The notes: generated by a model from the letters alone, not told the origin. Numbered from the stretch's first letter, positions 30,269-40,708 are shown. The stretch is DNA of 64,000 nucleotides from Escherichia coli (GCF_030384885.1 NZ_CP128613.1); one strand, 5' to 3'. Numbers and translations: made by a program.

Positions 30269-32251
30269 TTAACGGCTCTGCTTTCTCAACAAATAGATAA
30301 AATACGGCGCGCCGATAAAGGTCGACAGCAGCCCCGCTGGGATCTGGAATGGAAACAGCACCATCCGCCCACACCAGTCAGCGAACACCAGCAACAATCC
30401 CCCTACCAGCGCCGAAATCACGATGTGCGGCATCGTCCGTCGAAAGCCCATCATCCGTGCGATATGCGGTGCCATCAGGCCAACAAAACTCAACGGCCCG
30501 ATGGTCATTGTCGCGGTCGCCGTCAGGCAAGCCGCCAGCAGCAGTAGCGCAATTCGCGTCGGCGTCAGCGCCATTCCCACGGCTCGTGCGGTATCACCTC
30601 CCAGCGGTAAAATGGTCAGCCAGCGGCGGCACAGCGGGGTAATCGCCAGCAAAATCACCATCACAATTCCGGTGCGCCAGACCTGCGCCTCGGTCGCGTT
30701 GTAGGTCGAACCGGAAATCCAGGTCAGAACTTGCGCCATTCGCGGGTCACCACTTGCCTGCAACATCATCAAAAGCATGGTGAACGCTGTACTTAACGCC
30801 ATCCCCGCCAGTAACATGCGGTGTGGAGAAAATCCACCGCGTCCGGCGGCGATCATAATGATCAACAGCGTCACCGCCGCGCCGAGACTGCCCGCGGGTA
30901 ACAGCCAGCCAAAGGCATTACCCGGCACCAAAAACAGCATCAATACCACACCAAACGCCGCGCCTGAACTAATCCCCAGCACTTCGGGGCTTGCCATCGG
31001 GTTTCCGGTCAGCCGCTGAATAATACAGCCCGCCACTGCCAGCATGATGCCCGCAAACAGTGCCGCCATAATTCGCGGCCAGCGCCAGGGCATTAAATCA
31101 TCGAGCAGCGCCCCGCTCGCCCACGTCCAGCCGTGCGCATCACGACCAAACGACAGCGCCACCACCACAGCCATCAACAGCAGCACGCCGCCCGCGAGGG
31201 CAAACGCCAGCACATGTTGGCGTTCAGCAGCGACACGATCGTTCACCTTCATATCCGGCGCGCTAATGCTGCGTAAACGCGGCAGCAGCCACAGTAACAG
31301 CGGCGCACCTATCAACGCCGTCACCGAACCGGTAGAAACTTCCATCCACACGCGAGTCAGCCAGAGGATGATTTGATCGGAAAGCCAGAGGATCAGCGCA
31401 CCAATCAGCGACGCCAGCAGCAGTCTTGGCAGCAGACGCCGCGCCCCCAACATTTTTGCCAGCAGTGGCGCGAACAACCCGATAAAGCCGATAATCCCCA
31501 CCGCGTTCACCAACAGAGCACTGATGACTATCGCCAGCGACAGCGCCGCCAGACGCGCGAGCGATAAGGCCAGCCCGAGATTACGCGCCACGCCATCATC
31601 AAGCCCCATCAGGGTTAATGGACGAAGTAGCAGTAACGTCAGCATCACGCCGCCCAGCAGCTGTGGCCATAAACGCTCAACGCCGCCCCAGTCGGTTTGC
31701 GTCAGCGTTCCGGTACTCCACAGGAACATGCTTTGCAGCTGGTCGTGATGGAAGATAACCAGTAGCTGATTAATTGCCCCACAATAAAGGCTCACCACCA
31801 GCCCCGCGAGGATCAGTGTTACCGGCGAAAGCCGTTTCCCCCACGCGACGCCAAAAACGATTAAGCCAACAACGCAAGCCCCCGCCAGCGCAGCAAACTG
31901 GCTCGCCATCGCACCAGGGATCGCCCAGAGTGTAGTGACAGTAATTCCCAGTTGCGCACCAGTTGCGACGCCCAACGTGGTCGGCTCCGCCAGCGGGTTA
32001 CGCAGCACTTGCTGAAATAGCACGCCCACCAGCCCCAGACCCGCGCCCACCAGCAGCGAAATCGCCAGACGCGGCAGCAAGCTGTAGTGAAAAATCATCT
32101 GCTCGATGACATCGATATCCGGCGACCAGGTGGCCTGCACCCACTGGCTACGCGGCAGCGCCTGCGAGAAGTTCATCCAGGTGAGCATCGCTGCGGCAAT
32201 CACCAGCAGCGCCAACAATAACGCCGGGAAAAGCGCAATACGTTTACTCAC
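30269..32251 (-). CDS. fhuB: Ferric hydroxamate ABC transporter permease (duplicated permease)
   Basis: Track ORF 660 aa, two homologous membrane halves; synteny fhuACDB. Confidence 0.95.
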   Translation of the reverse strand: MSKRIALFPALLLALLVIAAAMLTWMNFSQALPRSQWVQATWSPDIDVIEQMIFHYSLLPRLAISLLVGAGLGLVGVLFQQVLRNPLAEPTTLGVATGAQLGITVTTLWAIPGAMASQFAALAGACVVGLIVFGVAWGKRLSPVTLILAGLVVSLYCGAINQLLVIFHHDQLQSMFLWSTGTLTQTDWGGVERLWPQLLGGVMLTLLLLRPLTLMGLDDGVARNLGLALSLARLAALSLAIVISALLVNAVGIIGFIGLFAPLLAKMLGARRLLPRLLLASLIGALILWLSDQIILWLTRVWMEVSTGSVTALIGAPLLLWLLPRLRSISAPDMKVNDRVAAERQHVLAFALAGGVLLLMAVVVALSFGRDAHGWTWASGALLDDLMPWRWPRIMAALFAGIMLAVAGCIIQRLTGNPMASPEVLGISSGAAFGVVLMLFLVPGNAFGWLLPAGSLGAAVTLLIIMIAAGRGGFSPHRMLLAGMALSTAFTMLLMMLQASGDPRMAQVLTWISGSTYNATEAQVWRTGIVMVILLAITPLCRRWLTILPLGGDTARAVGMALTPTRIALLLLAACLTATATMTIGPLSFVGLMAPHIARMMGFRRTMPHIVISALVGGLLLVFADWCGRMVLFPFQIPAGLLSTFIGAPYFIYLLRKQSR

Positions 32252-33138
32252 GCTTTACCTCCAATGGCGTTATCCAGAATACGCACAAAATGCATTGCCG
32301 AGAGCGTCGCACCATAAAACCAGACTGCGGGGACGCGCTGAAAGCGTCCGGCACGGACAAACGGCATAGCCTGCCACAGCGGCGTCGCCATTAGGGTGTC
32401 CATATCTTTGCTGTTGTCGTGATCAAAACAGAGCACATCAACGTCTTTATACGCTGCCAGACGATCGATACTGACGGCGGTACTGCCCCAGAAGTTGGTT
32501 TCTCCCTGCCAGGCATTTGGGATGCCGTACTCATCGAGAATTTCCTGGAACAGGCTGTTCGGGCCAAAGACCAGCATATGGCGCGGATCGATAAGCGTCG
32601 TCAGTAATAATGGGCGCGCACCACGCTTCACAAAGCGGGGTTTCATGCTGCGGATAAAGTCTTCATAGTGCGCTAAATGCGTTTCTGCTGCGCTTTGCAG
32701 GTTAAGTAAATCTGCCATTTCCGTCAGTGACTTACGCGCCATCGCCAGCGGCTGTTTGCCGTCGCTGAAGTTAAATCCGCGCCCAGGCGCAATGCGTGCC
32801 AGCATTTCTGGTGAAGGGCCATACCCTGCCGACCAGACCATAAACGACGGCTTCATTTCGGTCAGCAGTTCAAGGCTAGGTTCTGTCCGCAAACCGACGT
32901 CAATCACCGATTCAGGTAATGGCGGTTCGCTGACCCACAGGCGATAGTTGATGGTATCCGCCACGCCGTAAGGTACGATGCCGAGCGCCAGCAGTAATTC
33001 CACCGGCAACCACTCCAGCGCCACAATACGATTGGGATCAATAGCCGCCGCGCGGGCGGTATTCATCTGCCATAACAACGGAGAAAGCGCCATCGCCGTT
33101 AACAGTCGACGGCGCGAAATAAGAGGTAAGCCGCTCAT
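32248..33138 (-). CDS. fhuD: Ferric hydroxamate periplasmic binding protein
   Basis: Track ORF 32248..33141 (MMSGLPLISRRRLLTAMALSPLLW...); start at second Met assumed (296 aa); overlaps fhuB start. Confidence 0.9.
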   Translation of the reverse strand: MSGLPLISRRRLLTAMALSPLLWQMNTARAAAIDPNRIVALEWLPVELLLALGIVPYGVADTINYRLWVSEPPLPESVIDVGLRTEPSLELLTEMKPSFMVWSAGYGPSPEMLARIAPGRGFNFSDGKQPLAMARKSLTEMADLLNLQSAAETHLAHYEDFIRSMKPRFVKRGARPLLLTTLIDPRHMLVFGPNSLFQEILDEYGIPNAWQGETNFWGSTAVSIDRLAAYKDVDVLCFDHDNSKDMDTLMATPLWQAMPFVRAGRFQRVPAVWFYGATLSAMHFVRILDNAIGGKA

Positions 33139-33935
33139 CAATAAACAAAACTCACAGGTGCAGCACCCGCCGGATGCGGCAAAATACCCATCGGGATGCC
33201 ATAAATCATTTCGAGGGTTTCGCCGCGCATAATTTCCGCAGGCGTTCCCTGAGCAATCATTTCACCGCCGCGCAGGGCGACCAGATAATCACAGTAACGC
33301 GCAGCCATATTGATATCGTGCAGCACGGCAATGACCGTCAGACCACGTTCCTGACTTAAACGGTGCACCAGCGCCAGCACATCAACCTGGTGGGCGATAT
33401 CCAGAGCCGAGGTCGGTTCGTCGAGCAACAGACAACGGCTATCCTGCGCCACCAGCATGGCGATCCACGCCCGCTGACGTTCACCGCCTGAGAGGCTATC
33501 GACCAGCCGATGCGCCAGCGGTTTTAAACCAACCAGCGCGATAGCTTCCTCGACCTTTTCGCGATCTGCCACGCCAAAGCGTCCCAGCGCGCCATGCCAC
33601 GGGTAACGACCAATCGCCACCAGTTCACGCACCGTCATCCCTTCAGCCGGGGGAAGTTGCTGCGGCAAATAAGCCACCTTGCGGGCAAACGCTTTGCTGC
33701 TCCAGCTTTCCAGCGGCTGGGCATCAAGAAGAATCTCCCCTTCCGACGGCGGTTGGTGACGGCCAAGCATTTTGAGCAGAGTGGATTTACCAGAACCGTT
33801 GTGACCAATCAGACCGGTCACTTTCCCGGCAGGAAAGGTTAACGACAGCGGATGCAAAAGCGTGCGCCCGGGCACACGAAAGGAGATATTACGCAGTGCA
33901 AAAGTGGTATCGGAATGATTCGTGTATTCCTGCAT
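33138..33935 (-). CDS. fhuC: Ferric hydroxamate ABC transporter ATPase
   Basis: Track ORF 33138..33977; start placed at MQEYTNHSDTTFALRNISF (265 aa); Walker A GHNGSGKST and LSGGERQR signature. Confidence 0.9.
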   Translation of the reverse strand: MQEYTNHSDTTFALRNISFRVPGRTLLHPLSLTFPAGKVTGLIGHNGSGKSTLLKMLGRHQPPSEGEILLDAQPLESWSSKAFARKVAYLPQQLPPAEGMTVRELVAIGRYPWHGALGRFGVADREKVEEAIALVGLKPLAHRLVDSLSGGERQRAWIAMLVAQDSRCLLLDEPTSALDIAHQVDVLALVHRLSQERGLTVIAVLHDINMAARYCDYLVALRGGEMIAQGTPAEIMRGETLEMIYGIPMGILPHPAGAAPVSFVY

Positions 33936-33985
33936 AACAGCCAACTTGTGAAACGGGCACGGAAATCCGTGCCCCAAAAGAGAAA

Positions 33986-36229
33986 TTAGAAACGGAAGGT
34001 TGCGGTTGCAACGACCTGACGTTCTGCGCCCCAGAAGCAGCCATAGGTGTTAAAGCAGCTGGCGACGTATTCACGATCGAACAGGTTGTTAACATGCAGC
34101 GCCACGTTGGAGCCCGCCATGCCGACTCGCGCCAGATCATAACGCACTAACGCATCCACGACCGTATAACTTCCCACTTTAAAGGAGTTAGCCGGATCAC
34201 CATAGCTGGAGCCAGTATAACGACCACCGGTGCCCAGCGTCAGACCTGAAAGCGGACCGTCAAAGAAGGTATAGTCAGCCCACAGCGAAGCCATGTGTTT
34301 TGGCAGCTGTGCAGGCGTATTGCCTTTATAGGTAGTGTCGGTGGTGTATTCCGCATCGGTGTAAGTATAAGAACCTACTACGTTAACACTCGCCGACAGC
34401 GCCGCTTTCGCTTCGATTTCTACGCCACGAGCGCGGATCTCGCCACCTTCAACCGAGAAGAAGGAACCCTCAGGGTCCGCCATCAGGTTGTTGGTTTTAG
34501 TGAGATTATACACAGCACCAGTAACCACAATTGGGCGATCTTCCGGTACATATTTCACGCCGACCTCATACTGCTTACCTTTAGACGGCGCAAAAATATT
34601 ACCATCCTTCCCAACTTGTGAAGAAGGTTCAAACGATTCGCTATAGCTGAAGTAAGGTGTTACACCATTATCAAACAGGTAGTTAACACCACCACGCCAG
34701 GTAAACTGTTTGTCATCACGTTTATCGGTCGTCCCTTCAACGCGGTTATGAGACTCTTGATCCGCCCAGTCATAACGACCGCCCAGGGTGACCAGCACTT
34801 TATCCCACTGCGCCTGATCCTGAACATAAACACCCGTTTGTTTCTGCTTATTCAAAATGCGGTAAGGACCGGAGTTTGCCGGATCTTTCGCATTGAAGTC
34901 GAAATCGGTATTCACCGGATTGTACAGATCGAGCAGCGGTACGGAGTCGTCGTAACCAAACCAGGCGTTGATGTCATTACGCATACGCATAAAGTCGACA
35001 CCGGTCAGCAGAGTGTGGTCGATATCGCCAGTGGCAAACTTGCTCTGCAACTGGGTATCAACGGAGAAGTTTTGCAGCTTCTCATCATCAACGACGTATT
35101 TACGTGCCAGGTAGTGACCTTTATCGGCTGGCGCTAAAGCGGCACACTGTTTGCTGTAAGCATTCGCCGGATCGGAGCAGACGCCGTAACCATAAACGCT
35201 GTTTTGCGAGGTTTTGTTTTCAGCAAAGCGCAGGTTCTGACGCACAGTAAAGGTGTCGTTAAATTCGTGATCGAAGCTGTAGCCCACCATCTTCTCATTA
35301 CGAGAATAGGTGTTGTTCTTCGCCCCTTCGTTAAAATCTGTCGGCAGACGCTTACCGTTCGGCAGCGGCTCAACGGTTCCCTCTTTCGGCAGCCAGCCGT
35401 AATAACCGGTTTCCGGCTCGTTCTGGAAGTAAGAAAGGAAGGTGAAATTGGTTTTATCATCCGGACGCCAGGTAAACGCTGGCGCAATGGCATAACGCTG
35501 CTCTTCCGCGCCCTTTTGCTGGGCATTGGCAGAGCGCGCCAGTCCGGTCAGACGATAAGAGTAAACGCCATCATCATCCAGCGCATCGCTAAAGTCGAAA
35601 CCGGTCTGGAACAGGCTGTCTGTGCCCGCTTTAAATTGGATTTCTTTCAGCGGTTCGGTGGTTGGGCGCTTGCTGACCATATTTAACAGGCCGCCAGGGC
35701 TACTTTTACCGTAAAGAACAGAAACAGGGCCACGCATAATTTCAGCGCGTTCCAGCATATACGGGTCAATAACTGCATCGTTATAGAAGTTGCCTTGCAA
35801 CTTCAGACCGTTGAGATAGTTATTCTGGCTTTGGCCTTCTGCTGCAAAACCACGAATAATCAAATGATCATAAGTGTTTGATGCACCACGCGTACCGACC
35901 GAAACGCCTGGCGTATAGCTAAGCGCTTCTTTTACTGACTTAGGCTGATGCAGCGCCATTTCTTCGGCGGTCACAACAGAAATTGACTGCGGCACTTTTT
36001 GAATCGGTGTATCGGTTTTGGTGCCGGTAGCGGACTGTCGCGCCGCAATAGTTGCAGCTGGCCCCCATGCGCTTTCTTGCGGCGCTGGTGCAGCGGTAAC
36101 GGTGATAGTGTCTTCTTTCGGTTCAACCGCTGCCTGTGCGTAAACAGACATGCCGCTAACCGCTGTGGCTACTACAACTGCAATTTTACGCAGTGAGTGT
36201 TTTGGCTGAGCAGTTTTGGAACGCGCCAT
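33986..36229 (-). CDS. fhuA: TonB-dependent ferrichrome outer membrane receptor FhuA
   Basis: Track ORF 33986..36355; start placed at MARSKTAQPKHSLRKIAVVVATAVSGMSVYAQA (747 aa); C-terminal ...ATATFRF beta-barrel terminus. Confidence 0.95.
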   Translation of the reverse strand: MARSKTAQPKHSLRKIAVVVATAVSGMSVYAQAAVEPKEDTITVTAAPAPQESAWGPAATIAARQSATGTKTDTPIQKVPQSISVVTAEEMALHQPKSVKEALSYTPGVSVGTRGASNTYDHLIIRGFAAEGQSQNNYLNGLKLQGNFYNDAVIDPYMLERAEIMRGPVSVLYGKSSPGGLLNMVSKRPTTEPLKEIQFKAGTDSLFQTGFDFSDALDDDGVYSYRLTGLARSANAQQKGAEEQRYAIAPAFTWRPDDKTNFTFLSYFQNEPETGYYGWLPKEGTVEPLPNGKRLPTDFNEGAKNNTYSRNEKMVGYSFDHEFNDTFTVRQNLRFAENKTSQNSVYGYGVCSDPANAYSKQCAALAPADKGHYLARKYVVDDEKLQNFSVDTQLQSKFATGDIDHTLLTGVDFMRMRNDINAWFGYDDSVPLLDLYNPVNTDFDFNAKDPANSGPYRILNKQKQTGVYVQDQAQWDKVLVTLGGRYDWADQESHNRVEGTTDKRDDKQFTWRGGVNYLFDNGVTPYFSYSESFEPSSQVGKDGNIFAPSKGKQYEVGVKYVPEDRPIVVTGAVYNLTKTNNLMADPEGSFFSVEGGEIRARGVEIEAKAALSASVNVVGSYTYTDAEYTTDTTYKGNTPAQLPKHMASLWADYTFFDGPLSGLTLGTGGRYTGSSYGDPANSFKVGSYTVVDALVRYDLARVGMAGSNVALHVNNLFDREYVASCFNTYGCFWGAERQVVATATFRF

Positions 36230-36249
36230 TGGTATATCTCTGATGTAAA

Positions 36250-36300
36250 GTGAATGATAACGTAAACGAGAATGATTATTATAAAGATGAGATAATATTC
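36250..36300 (-). promoter_or_regulatory. Fur box / fhuA promoter region
   Basis: GAATGATAACGTAAACGAGAATGATTATTAT and GATAATATTC resemble the GATAATGATAATCATTATC Fur consensus, immediately upstream of the fhuA start. Confidence 0.5.
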
Positions 36301-36371
36301 GAAACGCTACGGCGATAGCAAGTAGCATCCCCTTCAGTTCAATATAAAAGTTCAAGAATCAACCAGAGGAA

Positions 36372-36419
36372 TCAAAAAATGTTAATGATTGCACTGCAAA
36401 GTAAAACCACATTAACATT
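36372..36419 (-). terminator. Terminator-like hairpin between the accessory adhesin gene and fhuA
   Basis: AATGTTAATG ... CATTAACATT 10-bp inverted repeat (22-nt loop) followed on the minus strand by a TTTTTT run; AT-rich stem so predicted stability is modest. Confidence 0.45.
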
Positions 36420-36443
36420 TATGAAATAGGAGTCAGGGAAAGC

Positions 36444-37454
36444 TTATCGATAATACACTTCAAAGGTGGCGACAGAATTAACCAGACCACTTTTTACATT
36501 ACCCGTTTTGATATAACGCGCCTTTAATGGGATGTTAACATTTTGATTTAAAGTGGTTTTTTCGATAACAGTATACTCTGTATCAAATGCTATAACATTG
36601 TTATTACTGTCCAGGATCTGCAGGCCAACACCTTCCGCCATCCCCGATCCAGACTCAATATTGAGAATATTATTACTCGTTATCCCCGTGGATCCTGCGG
36701 AGGTGAAACGGTAATCAACCTTTACATCCTGGGAACAATTTTCAATATGAATTGAAAACCTATCATCAGAAACTACAGGTGACACATTGTTAACATCAAA
36801 ATCATCTGTTCCGATATCATCGAGTGGAACGGTAATATTCTTGTTAATAAGATCACATGTCCCTGGTATAATATTTACCGGCACAGAAATAAAACGAAGC
36901 TGTCCTATAACAAGATTGTCATACTTCCAGTCAGCAACTAATTTACTGGTGTCAATGACTCCATTACCGACAGGCCCTGTCACAACAAACTGAATAGCTG
37001 CATGTATTTTTATCGGATAAACATATCCTCTATTCACTATTGACGAGCCTTTATGCCATGGTGTTATTAAATAACCTGAGGTGAGTTGCGCATTAACGTT
37101 ATTCGCCCATGCAGCACGAAAACCAATCCCTGGAACATTCGTCTGAAACACATCATGAAGGGGGTTATCGGTACGCAAATCGCTATTTGTCAAGACGGTA
37201 AACCCTTGCCAAATGTCACCATTCGCCGAGCAGGAAACTGAAATTGAATTACTAGTAGCTTCGAGTGTGGTAATAATCGTTCCCGGCTCTGCATCGTTAT
37301 TAACATCTAACGCTGGAACTGAGAATTCTATTTTTGCCGGATTTCCCCCATTTCCCGAAATGCTGCAACCGGCGAAAGCCTCAGGAATGGCAACTAAGGC
37401 AAGAAATATTATAGTCAGTAATATTTTTACATAAGAGAAAAATCCTGGCTTCAT
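36444..37454 (-). CDS. Fimbrial tip adhesin (two-domain: N-terminal receptor-binding domain plus C-terminal pilin domain) of accessory chaperone-usher operon
   Basis: Track ORF 336 aa; signal peptide MKPGFFSYVKILLTIIFLALVAIPEAFA; C-terminal pilin-like region with Cys pair and terminal ...SVATFEVYYR beta-strand; last gene after the usher. Confidence 0.75.
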   Translation of the reverse strand: MKPGFFSYVKILLTIIFLALVAIPEAFAGCSISGNGGNPAKIEFSVPALDVNNDAEPGTIITTLEATSNSISVSCSANGDIWQGFTVLTNSDLRTDNPLHDVFQTNVPGIGFRAAWANNVNAQLTSGYLITPWHKGSSIVNRGYVYPIKIHAAIQFVVTGPVGNGVIDTSKLVADWKYDNLVIGQLRFISVPVNIIPGTCDLINKNITVPLDDIGTDDFDVNNVSPVVSDDRFSIHIENCSQDVKVDYRFTSAGSTGITSNNILNIESGSGMAEGVGLQILDSNNNVIAFDTEYTVIEKTTLNQNVNIPLKARYIKTGNVKSGLVNSVATFEVYYR

Positions 37455-37475
37455 TATTCATTCATGTCCTGTTTG

Positions 37476-39950
37476 TTATCGGCACTCTATTGTGGCCTTA
37501 TAGATACCTTTGGTATATGTTTCTGGCACAGCTATAATCCCTGTACATTGCTGATTGTTCTCTTTTCCCCACTGTACCGTAAATGACATGGCATTTTGCA
37601 CACCAGTAATATAAACCTCACCATCCTCACCGACAATTGATGTACTATCCCCTAATGTCAGCAATGATCCAAAGGGTACGTATTCTTTATCGTGGAGCAA
37701 TGTCAATAATGCTCTCATACCATTACGTGCTTTAAAATTGACACCAACGACGGCACCTTTCGAAGGAATAACATCTTGTGTTGCATCAACGATATCAAGA
37801 TTATCGTGCCCCTGAGTATTTACCGTAATGGTGTTATGTCGATAATTTGTCATATTAGGAATAATCGCGTTCCCCCAATAATCAGTATAAACTCCCTGCG
37901 CATTTTGTACTTTTACATTAGCACCATCATCAATATGCACAATCGCGAATGAATCCTGTACTGATTGCCCTAATGTTACTCCATGAGTATGCGCAACCAC
38001 CGCACCTTGTGCGCTATAATTCCATTGTCGACTATTTTTATCATAGTTATATCCCAGACCAAACTCGCCTACTGAACTACGATAACGTCCATTTATACTG
38101 GCACCATAACCCACGTTATTATCGGCATAAGTTTGTTGTAAATTATAGCTAAGGTTATTATCTTGCAGAGCAGTTCCAGCAATACCCATTTGATGAGAGG
38201 TATTACCTTTGTCTGAACGATTTGCATTATACGTCGCCCATGCCCCCGGCAACCAGCGAGACAGAGGAATATTGATTGACAATGAAAATTGCTGCTCACC
38301 AGCCATTCCAGGCATATCTGTCAGTGCGTAATTAACAGACCAGCTAATATCACTCCAGCTAGTACTATAACCCATTCCTATGCTGCGTTCGGATCCTTGC
38401 ATTCCCCAATAATCTTGTTGATAACCATTAAGATAGATCGATCCCCAACGACCTATATTTTGCGAAAGATTAATTTGCAAATGGTTACGTCTATTATTGG
38501 TCTGGCGATAACTATAAATACTCTTATCATCAGGAATATCACGTTGATCAAGTGCCTCCTGAAAAGTATAAAATTGCGATGTTGAATAACGATAGCTTGC
38601 CAGATTTAATGTCGTATCAGTATCTGGAAAATCTTTCGAATACATTGCACGCCATGACAGTCCAGTTGCATCATTGTGTTCTTCAAGTTTCGTATTTGCT
38701 GCTGTGATATCAATAGAAACCGATCCCAGGCGGCCTAAGTCAGCACCAATTCCGGTCACACCAGAACGGTACATGGAGGCTCCAAGTATGCCACCATAAA
38801 TCGTTATTCCATAAGGCAAACCATATATCGCTGTTGCAACCCCAAAAACAGGTTGCTCTGATTTATTATCACTGTCACGATATTTTCCAGCAGCAACACT
38901 ATATTTTAATGCGTTTTCTCGCTGTAGGATTGGAACCGCTGAACTAGCCTGAATAAAGCTGTGTTCTTGTCCATTTGTTTCCTTGATGGTAACGTCCAGA
39001 TCGGCCCCTGCCGTTACCTGGTTTAAGTCTTTAATTTCAAATGGCCCTGCTGATACCCATGTTTGGTAAATGACATAGCCATTCTGTTTAATCACAACTT
39101 GTGCGTCGCTATTTGCAATACCACGTACTACAGGCGCAAAGCCTTGTTCACTCTCAGGCAACATACTGGTATCAGTTTCAAGTTTTATACCTGTCATTTG
39201 CACACTATCAAAAAGTTCACCATTCGTGAAAGTTTGCCCGACTTCCATCTGGCTACGTAATATTTTGATATCACGTTGCAAACTGGTGCTAATCGAATCC
39301 CAATTGGAGCCACTATAAACAGTATTATTACGTAACCGCCATACACCTAAATTCACACCTGAGTTTAAATTCAACCAATTTGAGTTCAGGTTATCACCAT
39401 CACTATTTTGTTGAGAACCACTGACATAATAACTTAACCAGGCAGCACTATCGCCATCATTCCAGTATTTTGGTGAAATACTCCCTATGGCTCTTGAATT
39501 CTGATAAATTTGAGGAATTTGCAGCCGCAGTGTTTGACTATCTAGCTGGAAGTCATAACGTGCGCCATCAATAATCTGTGAAATATCGCCAACCTCAGCG
39601 TCATCATCCATTACTTGTAACGCAGGAATGGCACCCACGTTAAGTCCTAGCTCACCGAGATCTGCCTTTGTAAAACGAGGGATAAGTTTTTTTTTGTCTG
39701 AAGAAAGAATGAACGTAATGTTTCTCTTATCAAGATATTCTTGCCCCCACATTACAGAGGTAAGATAGACACCTGGCGTTAGATTGTTATTATTAATAAA
39801 CTCTTCCAGCACTTTTGTATTTTCAAGCGGACTATCCAACTCCAGGATACGTAAGTTAAATTCATCTCGTGCATAGCTCAATGAATACACTGTAGATAGC
39901 GCAAGCGCTACTCCAGTTAAAACAAATGTACAATGCAGTGGTAGCGGCAT
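37476..39950 (-). CDS. Fimbrial usher (outer membrane assembly platform) of accessory operon
   Basis: Track ORF 824 aa; size and composition typical of FimD/PapC-family ushers; positioned between chaperone and adhesin. Confidence 0.85.
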   Translation of the reverse strand: MPLPLHCTFVLTGVALALSTVYSLSYARDEFNLRILELDSPLENTKVLEEFINNNNLTPGVYLTSVMWGQEYLDKRNITFILSSDKKKLIPRFTKADLGELGLNVGAIPALQVMDDDAEVGDISQIIDGARYDFQLDSQTLRLQIPQIYQNSRAIGSISPKYWNDGDSAAWLSYYVSGSQQNSDGDNLNSNWLNLNSGVNLGVWRLRNNTVYSGSNWDSISTSLQRDIKILRSQMEVGQTFTNGELFDSVQMTGIKLETDTSMLPESEQGFAPVVRGIANSDAQVVIKQNGYVIYQTWVSAGPFEIKDLNQVTAGADLDVTIKETNGQEHSFIQASSAVPILQRENALKYSVAAGKYRDSDNKSEQPVFGVATAIYGLPYGITIYGGILGASMYRSGVTGIGADLGRLGSVSIDITAANTKLEEHNDATGLSWRAMYSKDFPDTDTTLNLASYRYSTSQFYTFQEALDQRDIPDDKSIYSYRQTNNRRNHLQINLSQNIGRWGSIYLNGYQQDYWGMQGSERSIGMGYSTSWSDISWSVNYALTDMPGMAGEQQFSLSINIPLSRWLPGAWATYNANRSDKGNTSHQMGIAGTALQDNNLSYNLQQTYADNNVGYGASINGRYRSSVGEFGLGYNYDKNSRQWNYSAQGAVVAHTHGVTLGQSVQDSFAIVHIDDGANVKVQNAQGVYTDYWGNAIIPNMTNYRHNTITVNTQGHDNLDIVDATQDVIPSKGAVVGVNFKARNGMRALLTLLHDKEYVPFGSLLTLGDSTSIVGEDGEVYITGVQNAMSFTVQWGKENNQQCTGIIAVPETYTKGIYKATIECR

Positions 39951-39991
39951 AAATTCCTTTTCGCCCTGGTATGAAAATACAATTAAGCGGT

Positions 39992-40708
39992 TTATAGTTT
40001 TTGTTGACGTTTCCCTGAACTTGAACCATAGTCAGTTATCACCGACCACTCAACAACACTACCTGCTCCAGCAGGAAGACTAAACCGATTCTCAGAAAAT
40101 GGACCAACCATCATCGACAATGCACCAGGTTCAGATTTCTCCTCGACAGCAGTAATGCTCTTACCTGATACTGTTAGCTCATTAAATGAAATATAAAAAG
40201 GCGTTGGATTTTTTACTATGAGCCTCCCTGATTCTTTATGAAATTTAAGTTTTTCCCATGCAGTTAAAGCGTCGCTATTACTCAAAGAATCTGGTCGCCA
40301 AAATAACTTAAGCCGTACTTTCATTGCAAATTGCAAGGTGTTTTTATCTTTTAGCTCCTCCGGCATAGCAGAAATAGATTTTATATTTGCTAAAAACAAA
40401 CTTTCTCTATCTTGAGGAAGGCTTTCTTTATTTCCTGTAAATACAACATGGAGTAGTGTTTGACGGTTTTCCTCAAGTTTATAAACGGGAGGCGTGATGA
40501 GAAAAGGGGCTTTAGAACCATCAATATTACTCACCCAACTTTGCACGAGATAACGAGCATGTGCGTCTTTATTCTTTAATGTAATTTGAACTTCATTTTG
40601 ATTTGAAGGATAGACAATGCGTGTACCACCAAGTACAACACCTGCTTGTGCTTGTATTGCAGTGAGAAGAAATGTAAATCCTAAAAAGAATCGATAAGAT
40701 ACTGACAT
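39992..40708 (-). CDS. Periplasmic fimbrial chaperone (PapD/FimC family) of accessory operon
   Basis: Track ORF 238 aa; signal peptide; GGTRIVYP... N-terminal motif typical of PapD-like chaperones. Confidence 0.85.
   Translation of the reverse strand: MSVSYRFFLGFTFLLTAIQAQAGVVLGGTRIVYPSNQNEVQITLKNKDAHARYLVQSWVSNIDGSKAPFLITPPVYKLEENRQTLLHVVFTGNKESLPQDRESLFLANIKSISAMPEELKDKNTLQFAMKVRLKLFWRPDSLSNSDALTAWEKLKFHKESGRLIVKNPTPFYISFNELTVSGKSITAVEEKSEPGALSMMVGPFSENRFSLPAGAGSVVEWSVITDYGSSSGKRQQKL

Noticed and set aside
34295-35686. Several 100-160-aa ORFs on both strands inside fhuA
   Set aside because: All internal or antisense to fhuA, which is intact and full length.
36787-39260. Short + strand ORFs (60-100 aa) inside the accessory adhesin and usher genes
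   Set aside because: Antisense to long intact fimbrial genes; AT-rich sequence produces short antisense frames by chance.
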